NCBI GenBank assembly: GCA_051294905.1
Contig: CM119377.1
Coordinates: 11,222,001-11,286,000, forward strand
Origin: Botryllus schlosseri
Lineage: Eukaryota
DNA: 64,000 nt
Direction: 5' to 3'
Part shown: piece by piece, positions 51,901 to 63,662 of the stretch
Layout: each line of letters opens with the position of its first letter
Numbering within the stretch: the first letter of the stretch is position 1
The notes under the pieces: generated by a model
Database searches by the model: none
Told to the model about the DNA's origin: nothing
The model's input: the letters and a program-made list of their open reading frames with translations, nothing else
Position numbers and translations under genes: made by a program

Positions 51901-54737
51901 TCCAGTGCAGACAGATGGAAATTGGTGCGGCCTCTATCTAATATAGAGAATCTTTCATCGGGATGATTTTTAGCGCAAGTTGCATTCCTTATAATTTCAG
52001 CTCGAACGTTCATTATGTATTTCACAGATAAAAGCTCTTGACTTGAGCTACAATCCCAATCTTCGATACAGTGGCGTGAAGTTCCTTGCTGCTTCCATAC
52101 GGAAATGTCAGATATCCGAACTGAGCTTGGCTGGCTGTAATCTTGATGGCGATTGCATTGTCGCTCTAAAGAATAATCTCAAGGGATATAAGGTATGAAA
52201 TTACACTTGACGTCCTTTGAATCTATCGAAGAATCAATTATGTCCTTCATAACCCTGGTTCGGTTTAGCATGCTAGGGAGTGATGTGACCCGGTTAAGAG
52301 TCCTTACTCTTGTCTGAATGGCAGGGCTGCCAGTGGGTTTGCATGAGATTTTTTTGGAGCTCAGTTGCTGTGTATGTATCGTATATGGGTTTAGTAATTT
52401 GTCTGGTGTCGTGGGTAAGGATTCCATCGATCGCTGTTTTTATTCTGTAACTTTATCTGATATATTTGCAAAATCGCTGGAGTTGCTGTTGTTGAAATCT
52501 TCAACGTAATAACACAATGCTGCTCCTGTTTTGTCCTAATGAACCGTAGAAGGGATGCTACAAAAGCACAATTACGACGAAATGCACTGGTGAATCCGTA
52601 GCAAATCACTATTGATGATTGAGATCATATAATCACAATCAAATTCCTTTATTGCATGTACAATTTTAGATTTAACAAACTGCTGAATGTACAGCAAAGA
52701 TCGAAATTTTGATAAATACATCACCATGATCTGTTTTATAGAACCATTCTATATTTTGCGTAATAGGTAATCTTGAGGGTAGGTAACTTTATAAAATTAG
52801 CTTAAGTCCATTGGATTATTATTTTTGTATTGGGCATACAATATCAGGCGAGAGCGATCGTATCTTAACGGTTTTAAAGTTCATCAAATCAATTTTTGTA
52901 ACTATTCTGTGTGGCAACTTGGCATGGGTTCATCTCGACGTGATCACCATCGATTTTCGGTCTCTTGTAATGGGTAAAGCTGCTCACATGTTGCCCCTCC
53001 CAAATTTTCTACCTGGCTACCATTAGGTCCTTGACATCTACAAGACCTAACCGAGTATATGGTTGTAGTCGAGTCACATGGTACCTTACAAAATTTTTAT
53101 CCGGGCTACCATTATGTCCTGGGCATCTACAGCCTCGTAAATATGCACTTGTCATATTTTATTCCATGCTGACTGATCCTGTTGATCAGTAGTTCTTGAA
53201 CTTCTTAGACGGCAACCCAAATCTGAGTTCTATCCACAGCTCGCTACTATGCTACTATGCTATGCTATACTATGCCTCACAAATATTTTATTAATATTGT
53301 TAGTTTGCCACGTTTTTAGGGACATGTATGACATTAAGAAGGTAAGACGACCAGAAGTATGCAACGCAGTTCTATGTAACAAGCGTGATGCACGTGATTT
53401 CAAAGTGGGGATACATTATTTTCCTTGTGGGTCGCATCTGTACTGCGTGACTTATATTACGAGGACGGGAATATTTGATACCGACAATTTCGATGGATAA
53501 TGGACACATCAATTTCGACGTTGTTGTTCAACCAGCGAAGGGAATCTTTGATACCGCATAATGCCCAGACCTGCCGCATGTTGGTATAAACTTTTTCTCT
53601 TCAAGAGACCGGCGCAGAAAGGGTCGGTCCCGCACCCGCTCGTAGCACATCCCTCGAATAATTTATTTCAACGATCTCCGACAGCATTAAGCCATACCAA
53701 GAATATACCGTTCTTTCACAATTGCGAATACAGTTCTATTCATTTATGTATACAGCAAAAAAATGGGGTGCTGCAGTAATGGTCCAGCACTTCCCCCCTC
53801 TATCCTCACGAGCATTACTTGCAGGCTAAAGCTGTCCGGAGAAGCTTTCAGACATGTCAGAGATACGGACAAACTATCCGAAGACGATCGTACAAAGCAC
53901 GAAAAAATCATAGCTGTTGCATGAAATAATGTCAATATTGCACACATATTAAAAAATTGCTCTGGCTTGGTCTCGACCCATACTTCGAGAACCCTGCTTA
54001 AGAGGATTTTGTTGAAATTACCCTGATCACGGTTACCTTGCGAACCAAAGAGATGTGTATAATATCAGGGTCGACACGACTCTTCTTGGAGTGTCATCCA
54101 ACGGTTTTATCTGGATAACGTGAAGTGAGACATTGAATGCAGACTTCAATATATCATAGTCTGGTTTTACTTCTTCCCTTTCTGCAAAAATTCACAAAAT
54201 GTTTCCAATGACAATTTATTTTACTGGGAACCTGAATTATAAATTCCGAATTCAGGTGGTAGATCAAATCTTAATCATATCGACTTGAATTTTCTAGATT
54301 AAGAAACTGGACTTGAGTGATAACTCGCCGATGGAAGACGAAACACTGGAATACATCGGAGAACTGACTGCTGTTTGTCCAGTTGAAGATTTGGATATGA
54401 GCAACTGTGCTCTTAGTTGTGAACAGTTGCTTATGCTGTCAGAGTCCTTCGGGGAATACAAGGTCTTAGACATATGATTGTAGAATGAGACAGTCCAAAT
54501 GCAGATTCTTCTGTTCAGATTCCCAAGCTCAACATCAGCGATGATCAAGTGACGCTTGATGAGTCCATTGTCGACGCTATCACCGACCTTGCAATCCGAG
54601 TGGAAGATGAGCTCACAATCTGCTATGCAAATATTGAAACTCACTTTACAGCACTCAAACAAGAGCTACTCAAGCCATTGAAGGAAAGAACAAGAGAAGT
54701 ACGTAATGCTTTAAGTAGGCTCAGACTGAACAAGTGA
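49000..54737 (+). CDS. NLR/ribonuclease-inhibitor-type leucine-rich repeat protein (LRR exon array)
   Basis: Exons 49000-49274, 49330-49491, 49548-49712, 50094-50261, 52028-52192, 54298-54462, 54519-54698 (or to stop 54737); LxxLDLSxN motifs (LTKLDISNN, LSRLDLSYN, IKALDLSYNP, IKKLDLSDN); inner exons 162-168 nt, phase 0-0. Confidence 0.85.
50507..50701 (+). CDS. Non-LRR exon, probable alternative terminal exon of the LRR gene
   Basis: ttgcag acceptor in phase 0, reads NLLKPEAF...IQCIISK-stop; AATAAA near 50815. Confidence 0.45.
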   Translation, partial: NLLKPEAFRADTLQGQLSANGEFQKHASSSEVSNSKELAGQFPSFDDAAGRSINNEDIQCIISK

Positions 54738-55267
54738 ACATAATTTGTGTTCTCTGCTCCAGGGTCTTAGGATCGTGTATGGATACCACAATTATCAGCG
54801 GGAGATTTTCGATGTGTTGTTTCTGCCAAAAGCAAGACTGCGAAAGAAGTGCCTGTCATAAATCAAAATTTTTGCTATATATTCAACTAATGTTACTCAT
54901 CTCATTCTTTTCTTGTTTGATAACTGAATCGCAAATTTCCTAATCTGATGACTATCATATATCCTGGAAGCAGATATACAAAATCTGAGTAAAACCGCCT
55001 AGTAAGCAGGGTGTGCTATGTACGTTGTTCTTTCGAAAAGAATTTGTCTGCAGTTGTAGAAAGGTGGCAAATTTGTAATAGTCTTGCGTTGGATCAGAAA
55101 TTACCATTAGCTGTCTATTAAAACTCCAATTGTAGCGCATGTCGCGATAAGGAAAGGAAAGGACGTAGTTTATTTTTGTCCTTGATGTTTTTGCGGCAAA
55201 TACACCGACTCGTGATAGACATACACACGATCTGCGCATATGCATACCATGAGTGCATGATGTGCAT

Positions 55268-56780
55268 TAGGGTTGTTCAGATTAGAAAAATTGTCAGGAA
55301 ACTTCGACCATTGTAATCCAAATGATGGTTTAGTACATAAAAACACTTTTATGAGCAATTTTGGTCATCTTCATCGTGATCTTCCTTTTCCTCAAAGATC
55401 CCGAGGTCATTTCTCCTTACTACAGCTGATACACCAGAGTGTTTACGTTGACGAAGTGCTCTGTAGTGTTGACCGTGTAACCAGTGTGTAGCTTTTGTGA
55501 TGTTATCAGTTGAAAACGGTTGTGCAGAAAAAAGGAATTGCAAGGTAGTATATTTGTTTTCAAAATTGTACCTAAATGTTGTCTTATAAATATCAGATGT
55601 ATCTCCGTTTTCCTGTTCAAAAGCTGTCTATCGTGTTCATGGGAAGTATTTAATAATTGCAAGGGTGACACTGGTTTGTTATGGATCGTACTTCGAAGGA
55701 GCGCTGTTAGGTTGCAAAGTTGTGAACAAATGCAGAGATTTGCAGCTGCTTTTCAAGCAGTAAATGTATTGAAAGGTGTATGATATGTAATGTCAGTAAT
55801 ATTTACCTCAATTTTAGTTTATCTGTAACATAACGAGCAATTCCATTTGATGGTAGAGTGAAATTTAGTAGAAGAAGAATGCCTGACACAACGCAGAGAA
55901 AGGTAGTGCCGGATTCATCAAGAACAAGATCGAAGTCTGGTTACTATTCGAGCGGATAGTCATCTGATTGTATCAGTCACTCCCAGTTCTAAAATATCTG
56001 CTATATATGAAAGAAAACTGCCCTAAGACTACCAAAACGCAGGAATTTCTTGTTCAAACTGTTGGAAGAGGTTGCCAAACTTCATGCCGCTTGAACTTTA
56101 TTATCTTCAAAAGAACATCATGTCAATTGTGATGAACTCGATAAGTTGGGGGACCTTGGACATTGCGACGCAGTTGTCGCCATCTCAGAAAAATGAATAC
56201 ATCGCATTTTATGAGGACCAATAGTATTCTCGCAGTGCACGACTCGCAGGAAAACATGAGACCTTCGAAAGAAGCCAGGCTGAGATCAGTGACGAACCTG
56301 TTTCAGCATCTGCGAGCATAAGTTCTAGTGATGAATTTGTTACATTAATGTCCTCGTCACCTGGGAAGAAAACCAGTACACCACCCTCTGATTATGATGC
56401 TGCAATCAAATATCCTTCATTTATTGAACTTCAGGCTCCTAGTAACTTGTTAAGAAAGAAACATCTTACTGATGAGCTGGAGCGCCTAAAATTGACTGAT
56501 AACCAAGCAACTATGCTACTTAGTGCTTTCATGCAGGCATGCGGAGGGAATATTGACGCCTTTGTGCTATCCATATCAAGTATAAAAGAGACATAAAGGC
56601 TAATCGCCGTAAGGTTCCACATGATATATTTGAATCATTCCAACAAGACGTACCCAATCATGCTGCTATACACTGGGATGGGAAGTTGACAGAAGACAGA
56701 TTTGGAACAAACTATGAAGCATTGGCTGTGATATTGTCTTCTTATCCTCAGCATACAGATGGAAAATTACCTGTAATTCT
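55268..56780 (+). mobile_element. Truncated TAGGG-terminus DNA transposon with decayed transposase
   Basis: Left end tagggttgttca matches 28709; fragments DELERLKLTDNQATMLLSAFMQACGG and IHWDGKLTEDRFGTNYEALAVILS; many stops; no right TIR seen. Confidence 0.7.
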
Positions 56781-57047
56781 CAACATCTTTTCAATGATAA
56801 TACCAATTGTCGCAAGCCACGAAAATGTTATAAGGTGCTGATTATTTTTTGCCATATCTGCTTCATACAGTTTGATCATTCAAAATGTTCTAACAATAAA
56901 TTCATTGAGTTTCAGAAACATACATTGCCTTCACTTGACTCTCTTGTTGTTACAAGAGCAAGCCTTGTATCATGAACTTGTTGGATTTTCACAATGTTGC
57001 TCAGTAGGTACCCTTGTCATATTTCACACTATGGCAACCTCTTAGAC

Positions 57048-58299
57048 CAGTGGTTCCCAACCTGTGGTACGCGTACCACTAGTGGTACGCGAAGGTCTTC
57101 CAGGTGGTACGCGAATGGATTCTGTCTTTTTCTCGACCGAAGGGAGTTATTAGTTCAGATGGTGTTGACTTTAGGTTTTTTGAAGCCTTCGTCGTCGTGG
57201 GTATAGGAGCAATCCCACCAATGATGGCCTACGGCAGGGATGGTCAACCTGCGGCTGTAGAAGGGAATTTGTGCGGCTGTGGACACGTAATTCAATTAGT
57301 ATGTGTAAGCAGCCGTCGACATGCAATTTGAATTTACGAATTGACTGCCGATTTCTTGACAGATTTTAATTAATCTTGAAATTTTCTTCGCGCTGCGCGC
57401 GATTTAACGTGTCTTTATTTTTCGAATTTAATATGGTAGGGCCCTTTTCAATTAGAGCACCACATTTCAGATTCGAAGAGTAGAGGAATATGATGCGTCT
57501 CATATAGAAATACCAACTCGGAATCGTGTACTACTGCACACCTCACTATGTACCGACAATCCTGATTGGAGGTCGAGAAATACCAGCATGTAGCAAAGTG
57601 ACTAATAACAATGGGCCCACCCGAAGATGCATCATCGCAACTAAATTTTCGAAAACACCCCCTCCATCAACTCTCCGGTCAATCCGACCACATCCATGGG
57701 CTGAGAAAGGTTAAATGTTTGATAGTAATACGTAAAACTACTAATATTAATCACGAAATCCAATAGTAAATCTGAAAAAATACGCGCTCGGCGCGGCAAT
57801 TCCTGCAGTCTCATAACATCACCAGTTACCCCTCGCTATTTCGGTGCGTATAGCAACCCTATATGAATAAATAAATTAGTCCGGAGTTCACCGGAAATGG
57901 ACAATTGGACATAGACACTCTAGGCGTTCACCTACAGTTAGTTACGACTATGCCCTGGGATGCGGCCGTGGGCTACATGAGTAGTTTAAATGCGGTCGTG
58001 AATAGCAAAAAGGTTGGCCACCCCCGGCCTACGGGGAAGTATCTAGTCGTGAAGCATTTGGATTCTTACCGAACCGAATTCCGTTTTGATATATTTGACC
58101 CCAAGAATTCCAAATAGATCCACTACAGAAATCATATACTGCACCTTGAAATGGGCAGTTTATTTTCTGTTTCGCTGCCTCAACCCAGTGAAAACATTTT
58201 TGACCACCTTCGGCGCGCGTAGCTTATGTATAGGTGGTACGCGAGCACTACATAAAACCTCGAAATGGTACGCGGATGGAAAAAGGTTGGGAACCACTG
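57048..58299. mobile_element. Charlie/Buster-type hAT MITE (GGTACGCG repeats)
   Basis: cagtggttcccaacc / ggttgggaaccactg; TSD tcttagac. Confidence 0.92.
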
Positions 58300-59299
58300 T
58301 CTTAGACTGTTTGAACAGGACAGTCCTGCGTTTTGGTCGTCTTCGGGCAATAAGTGAACGGGAATATTGGGCCCTGTGGATATAATGCTGTATCACCCAC
58401 TGAGCTATATAAACACTGGAGTGCGTTACTCGCGATATTTGCGTGATCAATTGGCCGCCATCTTTGGGTTAAGTTGATAGTTGCGCGTTAAGCTGGTAGT
58501 CAAGGCAGAAGTGGTTGGTTGATGTGACTGTTTTGATTACTCTTTGGCCTGGACATATCGATTTCGATGGTTCGGACAAGATAAGGTTATATATGTGTCA
58601 CCGTATGTATTCATTTGCAAATATCTTCCTGATGTAGATTGCTTAACTCGTTGTATCCAGGTAAATAAACATACCCAGCAAACACAGGATATATAATATA
58701 TATATAAATTATATCTCTCCCGACTACAGAATATATCCGAATAATATATAATATTTATATAAATCTGTCGACACATTAGGATATCCATATGATATCTATA
58801 GAAGATGTCCTAAATATATCCCCACAAGATATCTGTTTGATATTCTCAAAATATATCAATGGTACATCCTCAATTATCTTTGATAAACTCGATCATAGCT
58901 TGAACCTAGCTGACCCTGAACTGTCGCTGGCAACGTTGGTGACATCCTGCAATTCACATGAAAGCAAACTAACCAATAATTGTACTAAGCATGTATCAGT
59001 TTTAGTTCTGTATTAAAAAATGATCAGTAAAAAAAAATTACTAAGAGCAAGAAGTAAACTGAATAAAACTTATACTTTCAACTGACATCCGTCAGCATTT
59101 GCATATCAACAATCGCATTACAAAATAAGACGCCACCCACCAGCATGAAACTTCGTATAATCAAACGCCCATGACGTCATATTTGGTAATCCAATGAACA
59201 ATATTTTTTAAATTATCTACTAGTTGCTGACAAAGGTTTATGTCAATATGAATATATAGCATTCATTTAAAATTCAACACTCGAACCAAGTAAAAAAAC

Positions 59300-60040
59300 A
59301 CTCATCAAAGTGAATAAAATCGATTGAGTTAGTTAACTTGAACAACTAGAAAATTTTCAGCTTTTTCTCAAAGTTTGATTAGAATTACTGAATTCACGAA
59401 AACTAGTTAATTGAACAAGTTCAGTCCAGTTCATGTCAAATTTCCTGTGCAGACTTGAACAACTAGAAAGATTTCAGATTTTCCAAATGAGATTAGAATG
59501 AAAGCTACAGATTTTTCCGAGTTATTTACAATTCGAGCTACACAATTTTTCCAAATTATTTACAATTAGAGCTACACAGCTTTTTCCAAATTAGATTAGA
59601 ATTACTGAATTCGCCTGTGCCCAACAACACTATTCCGCACTAGCTGAAACGGCTTCTGCGTTGTACTAACGCATGGTTCTTATTCGTCAGATGATTGTAA
59701 GTATGGTCGCTTGGCACTGGATTTCCCTGCGCAAGAGGGATAATCTTGTTAACCTGCTACAAAATGCCGCGGACGAGGTATTTTCAGGCAAACAATAATT
59801 TGGATTAGAACATGGGGCCATTTCACAAATTCGATTAGAATTACAGCCTCGAAACGTTTCACAAATTCGATTAAAATTAGATTACTCGCATTTCGCTCTA
59901 ATTTAGTATCTAGTTGTCCAAGTCTGCCCCTGTTGCATTTTTGAGAAAATCAGAAATTAGTTTATAATTTAAATTGGAGCATTCCACAAATTAGATTAGA
60001 ATCGGAGCTAAGAAATATTCATGAACTAGATTACCAGCAT
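59300..60040. repeat. Degenerate direct-repeat block (ttagattagaattac / cacaaatt units), probably hAT subterminal arrays
   Basis: Recurrent motifs; candidate TIR cagacttgaacaact (about 59447) / agttgtccaagtctg (about 59926) without a clean TSD. Confidence 0.5.
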
Positions 60041-60042
60041 CC

Positions 60043-60257
60043 CACTCTAAAAATAATGTGGTCTTAAATCGAAGCACACATCGAAAAAAATTTTGGCCGC
60101 ATCCATTTACTTCAGAAAGCCAGCGTAATAAGGGAGCTGAAATTCAATGAATTTTGAATAATCCCCGTTCCACTACACTACTACAGCTATCGCGGCATAG
60201 TATCTAACTCATACTGTACTTCAATTCGATACCACATCATTTTTAGAGCGCAGTGCC
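60043..60257. mobile_element. Short Kolobok-family derivative
   Basis: ctctaaaaataatgtggtc ... ccacatcatttttagagcgcagtgcc match 13430 and 63159. Confidence 0.65.
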
Positions 60258-60593
60258 TATTCAATTATCTAGTTGCTCAAGTCCAAGGGTCAAAGCAGTC
60301 TGCTGCGAATATCACAAATTCACAATGTATCAGCGAGACACAATATTTCAGTATCAGAGACGTCAGCATCAGACTCCACGGTGACAGGATCACTTCTTTC
60401 TTCTTTATCATCATCCTGTAACATCAATGAGTAGATAAACACTGACCTCCGATTTTACGTAGATATGCGGGCTCGATGAGGTCACAGAGGAGTGACGTCA
60501 AAATGTGTCAGAATTGATTGATTATTAAGGCGTGATTGGAGGAAAATGCGAGAACTTCCAGAAATTTTGCCAGACTCATTCTAGTCCGAAAAA

Positions 60594-60810
60594 TAGACTT
60601 GTACGAACCACTGGATTTTCAAAAAGCGCAACCGCATAACTACTCGAATTTTATAACTCGCAACTATAACTAGACCTACCCGATTTTCAAAATGGGCAAC
60701 TAGAACTCTAAAAGTTATTATTTTTAAAATCAGCAACTAGAACTTAGACTCAAAAAACCGTTAGTTAGTTGACCACCAAGCAACTAAATGGGTAGATTGT
60801 ACAAGTCTGC
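60594..60810. mobile_element. MITE with caactagaac repeats; homologous end at about 40808-40960
   Basis: tagacttgtac / gtacaagtctg; shared ggtagattg(t/c)acaagtctg terminus. Confidence 0.5.
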
Positions 60811-61079
60811 CTGAGTAGCTTTACTGGTAGACTTTTGTTTTGTGGCACACTGAAAATTAGGGGTTCTCCGAAGGCTTGTAGATTAGGGCAAACCTGGGCA
60901 TTTTGCGGCCCACGGACCCAATTCGGACTATATGTGGGAAGTGCAGACAGAAATAGAAAACCTCTCCCAAAAAAATTGCTTCATGTTGATTTACGAAATA
61001 ATTTGGATTCACCTTCGAGCTTATTCCATTTTGAAATCTTTTGTTTCACTTTTTACAAGGAACATGATTATAATCATAG

Positions 61080-62050
61080 GCGCCGACTCGCGGACACCTC
61101 GTACAAAATACTCAGACGCCCAAGTGATTTGTGACCAGTGATTAGTAATCAGGCGAATCGATGCGACCTCGTTAGAGACGTCTTCGATTTTGATACGCGC
61201 GTGTGCCAGGTGATCATTCTAACTCTAATATTCAGTTGCCATTCAATAATTGTGTTATCGATGTTCCGCGCGGCTGATTTGCGAGAACAGTGTTGTCAAT
61301 TTGCGAGACGAGTCTGTGATGATCTCCCGCTGAGATGGTCACGAAACTAGGTCATTCATTCTCGTGCGTGTGGCAATTGTCGCTAGCCTGATTTATCGCG
61401 TCTCGAAAAAGCCTAGTTCCGCAGGCTAGAACAATCGCATCTGCAATAGGCCCAGTTCACACTATGTCATCGCTTGCCTGCGCAATAGCATCTGCATTGG
61501 CGGCTTCGGCCTGGTGTGCATGATATCATCGCTGGCCTACACAATAGCATCTGTAATAGGCCTGGTGTGAAAGATATCATTGTTGGTCTAACTATCGCGT
61601 CTCGGACCTAGCATTCTTTGGCTCCTATCTCTCGCGGGTTTGGAGCCGATGCGGTCGAGTTTACGCTAGTTAGTGATTGTTTTATGTGATATTGATTAAA
61701 AAGCGATATCGCGAAACTGAATAACATCGAACCGCTGCAAACAGACTTTAACGTGCGTAATTGATACTTGAACGTAACGATCAGAAAATGTGTATCATGG
61801 CTCGAGTTCTGAAAGACGACAAAGGTTTGAAATAGGTGCCGTGAAGTTCGGACATTTTGATTTGCGAAAACTGTCGCCGAGACTGCGTAATACGCACGCG
61901 TATTAAATTGTTCATCAGAGATCAGGGACTCGCTAATTGACAGCACTCCCGCACTCTTTGACAAGCTCATCATACGCCTAAAATCGTCGATACGAAGAGA
62001 TTATATGATCGACATTTACACTTGTACTTGACCCGAAATGAATTGATGCT
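61080..62050. repeat. Dispersed repeat module of about 1 kb with three internal units of about 52 bp
   Basis: Reverse complement matches 37588-37742 + 44696-45640; central part matches 4085-4445 and 36160-36600. Confidence 0.75.
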
Positions 62051-62847
62051 ATATTGACTGACGTCCGCTATACTAACGACAGTCAGTCAAAAAGCTTTTA
62101 GCGGAAAAATCAACAATATGAAGTTATTGTTTCGCGTTATTCTGAAGTTCTGTACCCCAAATGGCTTGTTCAACCATACAAAGTACAGCTGTCAGTCTGT
62201 CACGCCGGCATCAAACTCAATTACAAAATCACCTTGCAAGATCCGATAACAGTGACATATCGCGCAACTCGGTCTTTAATTCTTTTTTCAGGATTTGTAA
62301 TTTGAGGATGCGCCAGTCTACATGCTCCTGAAAATAGAATATACTCGTATTTTATTCCTGAAACAAATATTTTGACTGAATCTAGCTTTTAGTTCAGCAG
62401 GTCTTTATCAGCAAATATGACGTCACCGCAAAAAGGGTCGAATAGTTGAGTCAAAAAGTTGCCTTGGGCTCCACGTACTATACTTAGATTACACTGTATC
62501 GCTGTTATAATTTGAATATTGGTGTTATAATTTGAATATTGGTAATGACTTACGCCTAACAGTCTTGTACAATGTCATCTTATGAAAGCCCATTTTCTGT
62601 CCATTTTTACTCTTCTGACCCATGAGGCTGAAGGATTTCCACACATCCCTCACAGCTATGCTGGTCATCATATTTTGACCGTCTGTGATAATTGACCTTG
62701 ACCACCATCAACTCCCTTTAAAGCAGATACCTGTAATGAGTGTAAATCAGTGATGTATATTATAGATGGGATTGGCTAACGGTAGAGGTTTGCGCTATAA
62801 TGGACAACTTTTGATATGTATTCTTGGTAAAACCCATACCTTACAAA

Positions 62848-63041
62848 CAATGTTCCCACTAATTTTTGAAGAGTCTGCGCACACTCACCAACTCACTGCG
62901 CAGATCCTTGGACAACAGTGTGTAACGACTAAAAAAAAGGTCATCGATTCGGATTTTTTGTGCCCAACTTAGATTTTCTGTGCGCAGAGACCGTGTCATC
63001 ACTGCGCATTTGTGCACGTGCGCAGCTTAGAGGGAACATTG
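62848..63041. mobile_element. Small hAT MITE
   Basis: caatgttccc / gggaacattg; TSD cttacaaa. Confidence 0.88.
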
Positions 63042-63158
63042 CTTACAAAGCTTACCAAGCTTGAATATATGACTTGAAGCCCCGCATTCAGAATCAAATT
63101 ACTCAGGTACTCAATTTTGCTCACCGCACCACTAACAGCAATGTGAGGTAGACGTTAA

Positions 63159-63662
63159 AGGGGCACTGCACTCTAAAAATGATGTGGTCTCAAATTGAAG
63201 GGCAAAACGAAATAAAATTTTTGGCCGCAGCCGTTTTCTTCAGAACGCAACCGTAATGGAGCTGCAATTTATTGAAATTTCTATAGCAACTTAACGCTTC
63301 AGCAGTCACGCAGAGATTGAACTTTATATAGTTGTTAGCCGATGCTATGAAGGAAATATGTCGTACACGCCCCATGTCCTAAAGAAATGGAATACACTAG
63401 GCCAGCTTTTGACACAAATCTCTTGACTGGACATCTTCTGTTGAACGCGGTATCTAAACCACCTTGGTGTGTACGACATATTTTCATCATAACATCGGCT
63501 GACAACGATATAAATTTCGATCGCTGCGTGACTGCTGGAGCGTGAAGTTGCTATCGAAATTTCAATAAATTGCAGCTCCATTACGGTGGCGTTCTGAAGA
63601 AAACGGCTGCGGCCAAAATTTTTATTTCGTTTTGCCCTTCAATTTGAGACCACATCATTTTT
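63159..63662. mobile_element. Kolobok-like palindromic element, right tip truncated
   Basis: TTAA then agggcactgcactctaaaaatgatg; arms pair over about 200 bp. Confidence 0.75.

Noticed and set aside
54294-54662. 122-aa minus-strand ORF
   Set aside because: Antisense shadow of two LRR exons.
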